Virus record (IMG/VR): IMGVR_UViG_3300037634_007276
Coordinates: 1 to 49,204 of that record
Source: a virus
Taxonomy: Duplodnaviria; Caudoviricetes
Length of the DNA: 49,204 nucleotides
Direction: 5' to 3' (one strand)
Shown: positions 47,047-49,204 of the stretch, one piece after another
Numbering within the stretch: position 1 is the first letter of the stretch
Layout: every line of letters starts with the position of its first letter
Notes under the pieces: generated by a model
Told to the model about the DNA's origin: nothing
Databases searched by the model: none
Seen by the model: only the letters and a program-made list of their open reading frames with translations
Program-made: the position numbers and the translations under genes

Positions 47047-47055
47047 TATAATTAG
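47047..47055 (-). promoter_or_regulatory. Candidate late promoter CTAATTATA, copy 2
   Basis: In the 13-bp gap between the PhoH stop and the amidase ATG. Identical to 22845-22853. Confidence 0.45.
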
Positions 47056-47056
47056 T

Positions 47057-48391
47057 TTACAATATCTTTGCTGCCAACGTTGCAACCTTTGAGCGTTCGC
47101 CTCTTATAAGAGTTACGTGGCCGGCGATGTCGTGTTCTTTAAATTTTTCAACGGCGTGAGTTAAACCATTGGTTGTCTCATCGATGTATACATTATCGAT
47201 TTGCTCAATGTCGCCCATCAGAACAATCTTTGAGCCATCGCCCACTCTCGTTATAACTGTCTTCAGTTCGTGGGCCGTCATATTTTGAATCTCGTCTACC
47301 ACAATGAAAGCGTTATTAATAGAGCGGCCCCGAATGTAGGTGAGGGCTTCAATCTCAATAATGCCTTCGCTTACATATTCTTTTAAGCTGTCTTTGCCGT
47401 TGCCCAGTAAATACTGAAGGTTGTCGTTTATTGGCGCTAACCATGGGCCCATCTTTTCTTCCAAGCTGCCCGGTAGATAGCCGATATCTTTGCCCATAGG
47501 CTGTATCGGCCTAGTGACGATAAGACGGTTGTAACGGGCCTGCTTAGGAATCACCGTGTGCCAATCGTTTACAGCTTGACAAAGCCCAGCAAACAGGGCT
47601 ATCATCGTCTTGCCAGTACCTGCTGGGCCAACCAAGGTGACGATTTTAACATCGGGGTCCATCAGAAGGTTGAGAGCAAAATCCTGCTCTTTGTTGCGAG
47701 ACTTGATGTTCCACTTCTTGTTGGAATAATCGATGACTCTACCTAGATGTTTGTTATAACTAAAAAACCTAGCTAAGGCTGTCTTCTTCTCGTTTGATAG
47801 AGAAACCAACAACACAAACTGGTTTGGGTAGAGCTTTACTTCCTCTTTGTCTAAAAATATATTTTCGCCAGCATAGAACTGATCGATCACCTGATCGTCA
47901 ACCAAGTGTTTCGTAACACCTGTGTGGATTTCTGAGCGACTGTTTACAACTTTTTCAGTTTCGTAATCTTCACCTAGAATGTTAAGAGCGTCACACTTAA
48001 CCCGCATATTGATATCACGGGAAACTACCACCACTTTTCTATTGGGGTTATCTTTCTTTTCGCTCAGAGCCGTCGCTAGGATCTGGTTGTCAGGGTCGTT
48101 CTCATTGAACCCGGGCGGAAGTAGCCCTAATTCATAGCTCCTAGCCCGTAGGAGGCCCGCTCCGCGCCGTATACGCACTCCCTTGGATAAGTTCCCCTTG
48201 GCGCGGAGTTCGTCCAGTGTACGGATGATACGGCGGGCGTTAGAGCCTACGCTATCTTGGCGTTTTTTATGTTTGTCTATTTCTTCAAGGACTTTGATGG
48301 GAACAACGATATCGTTGTTGCTGAACGAAAATATTGAATTCGAATCAGTTAGATATACGTTGGTATCTAAGATATAGGTTTTTTTAGCCAT
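47057..48391 (-). CDS. phoH: PIN-PhoH family ATPase (PhoH2/YlaK-like)
   Basis: PIN domain YILDTNV...EEID...DNQIL...SRDINMR, then GPAGTGKT, GYLPG, YIRGRS, VDEIQN, GDIEQID. Confidence 0.93.
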   Translation of the reverse strand: MAKKTYILDTNVYLTDSNSIFSFSNNDIVVPIKVLEEIDKHKKRQDSVGSNARRIIRTLDELRAKGNLSKGVRIRRGAGLLRARSYELGLLPPGFNENDPDNQILATALSEKKDNPNRKVVVVSRDINMRVKCDALNILGEDYETEKVVNSRSEIHTGVTKHLVDDQVIDQFYAGENIFLDKEEVKLYPNQFVLLVSLSNEKKTALARFFSYNKHLGRVIDYSNKKWNIKSRNKEQDFALNLLMDPDVKIVTLVGPAGTGKTMIALFAGLCQAVNDWHTVIPKQARYNRLIVTRPIQPMGKDIGYLPGSLEEKMGPWLAPINDNLQYLLGNGKDSLKEYVSEGIIEIEALTYIRGRSINNAFIVVDEIQNMTAHELKTVITRVGDGSKIVLMGDIEQIDNVYIDETTNGLTHAVEKFKEHDIAGHVTLIRGERSKVATLAAKIL

Positions 48392-48397
48392 CCCGCT

Positions 48398-48655
48398 TTA
48401 ATCTCGCTTTCTTTTGACTCTTTTTTTCTTTTTAGCGTACTTGCTTTCCTTGGCCTCTGGCTTCATATATGTTTTGACAACAAACCTAGTACCGCCGATG
48501 CCGCAGCGCTTGACCTTGGCTAGAAAGCTGTCGATATTTTTGTTCTTTTTAAGTAGGAACTTTCTCTTCTTGTCGGCTGCAGCAAAGGATTCGTGCCTTG
48601 AATCGTTTTTCCAACTTTTTTCGACCATCTCTACTTTCTCTTCTTGTTCTTTCAT
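48398..48655 (-). CDS. Basic hypothetical protein (85 aa, start moved to MKEQEEK)
   Basis: GAGG upstream of the ATG at 48655. Lys-rich C-terminus. Confidence 0.6.
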   Translation of the reverse strand: MKEQEEKVEMVEKSWKNDSRHESFAAADKKRKFLLKKNKNIDSFLAKVKRCGIGGTRFVVKTYMKPEAKESKYAKKKKRVKRKRD

Positions 48656-48662
48656 GTTGCCT

Positions 48663-49202
48663 CTATATAATCTCATCTACCAATCCGTATTTTAAGCAAG
48701 TTTCTGCATCAAACCAAAGATCGTGTTCTAATATCTCATTTAACTTCTTCTTTGGTATGTTCGTGTATTCCATATATATGTCGCGAATAGTTTTCATCAT
48801 ATTATCTAAGTTTTTAATCTCGTCCTTCATATCTCTGTACTTGCCCCAAAATCCCGAAGAGAGCTGATGGATCAGCATATAAGCATGTCTGTTGATCTGT
48901 CTTTTGCTGGCGGCTATAGTCATTAATGTTGCCGCCGAGGCCGCACAGCCGTCGACAATAGAAATGATCGGAACTTTCGATTTCCTGATTTCATCTACTG
49001 CTGCTAAGCCGGCGAAGAGGTCGCCACCGTGGCTGTTAATGTGAAGAAAGATGTTTGCCGGGGCACACTCTAAGACAGCGGCTGAATGTTGTATTTCTGC
49101 TCCGAGTTCTCTTATTGTCTTGTTGAGTCCTAGGACGTTCTTTGTTTCGACATTCGAATAAAAATAAATTCGGTTATTTGTGATCTCTAGATAGTCGCCG
49201 CG
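48663..49202 (-). CDS. clpP: ClpP-family serine protease, 5'-truncated by the window edge
   Basis: Frame open to the window end: RIYFYSNV...LHINSHGGDLFAG...VDGCAASAATLM...MLIHQL...HDLWFDAETCLKYGLVDEII (Ser-His-Asp triad). Confidence 0.9.
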   Translation of the reverse strand, partial: RGDYLEITNNRIYFYSNVETKNVLGLNKTIRELGAEIQHSAAVLECAPANIFLHINSHGGDLFAGLAAVDEIRKSKVPIISIVDGCAASAATLMTIAASKRQINRHAYMLIHQLSSGFWGKYRDMKDEIKNLDNMMKTIRDIYMEYTNIPKKKLNEILEHDLWFDAETCLKYGLVDEII

Positions 49203-49204
49203 AT

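Noticed and set aside
49-48867. All plus-strand ORFs and short nested minus-strand ORFs in the track
   Set aside because: They lie antisense to or inside long motif-bearing genes, carry no recognisable motifs and look like shadow ORFs.
1-49204. Stop-codon reassignment as in some huge phages
   Set aside because: Standard code gives near-complete coding density with full-length enzymes, and TAA, TAG and TGA all end genes at sensible positions.
1-49204. tRNA, rRNA, introns, inteins or transposases
   Set aside because: Intergenic gaps are about 30 bp or less, and no such motifs were recognised in the ORFs.

Overview
The window is almost fully coding, every credible gene is on the minus strand, and junctions are tight (often TAATG or ATGA overlaps). 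It reads as a fragment of a large contractile-tailed phage (jumbo/huge myovirus-like), not a cellular chromosome. In transcription order (right to left): (1) 49.2-44.5 kb accessory block: partial ClpP-like protease, PIN-PhoH, zinc amidase, HExxH metallopeptidase-like protein, solo Cas4-like PD-(D/E)XK nuclease. (2) 44.5-24.3 kb: about 20 kb, 23-gene glycan cluster: six tandem glycosyltransferases, split transketolase with RfbH/RfbB-type enzymes, a Maf/GT42-like transferase, NeuB and NeuA flanking a SAM methyltransferase and a cobalamin-dependent radical SAM enzyme, class III aminotransferase, VOC protein, SDR, cupin, mini-HAD, Fcl and Gmd. It has no flippase, polymerase, exporter or priming transferase. 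(3) FmdB zinc ribbon and a gp55-like sigma factor. (4) 22.8-0 kb baseplate/tail operon: gp25- and gp6-like wedges, a 3100-aa LamG-containing protein and several Cys-rich proteins, including a >567-aa ORF missing from the supplied track. Best candidate for a new system (inference): phage-encoded virion glycosylation that makes unusual sugars (a methylated nonulosonic acid and a branched 3,6-dideoxy sugar) and attaches them to tail proteins rich in [S/T]-[G/A/S]-S motifs. Other signals: a candidate late promoter CTAATTATA, strong GCCGGC enrichment and near-absence of CCWGG. All calls come from motif recognition and hand counts, with no database searches.
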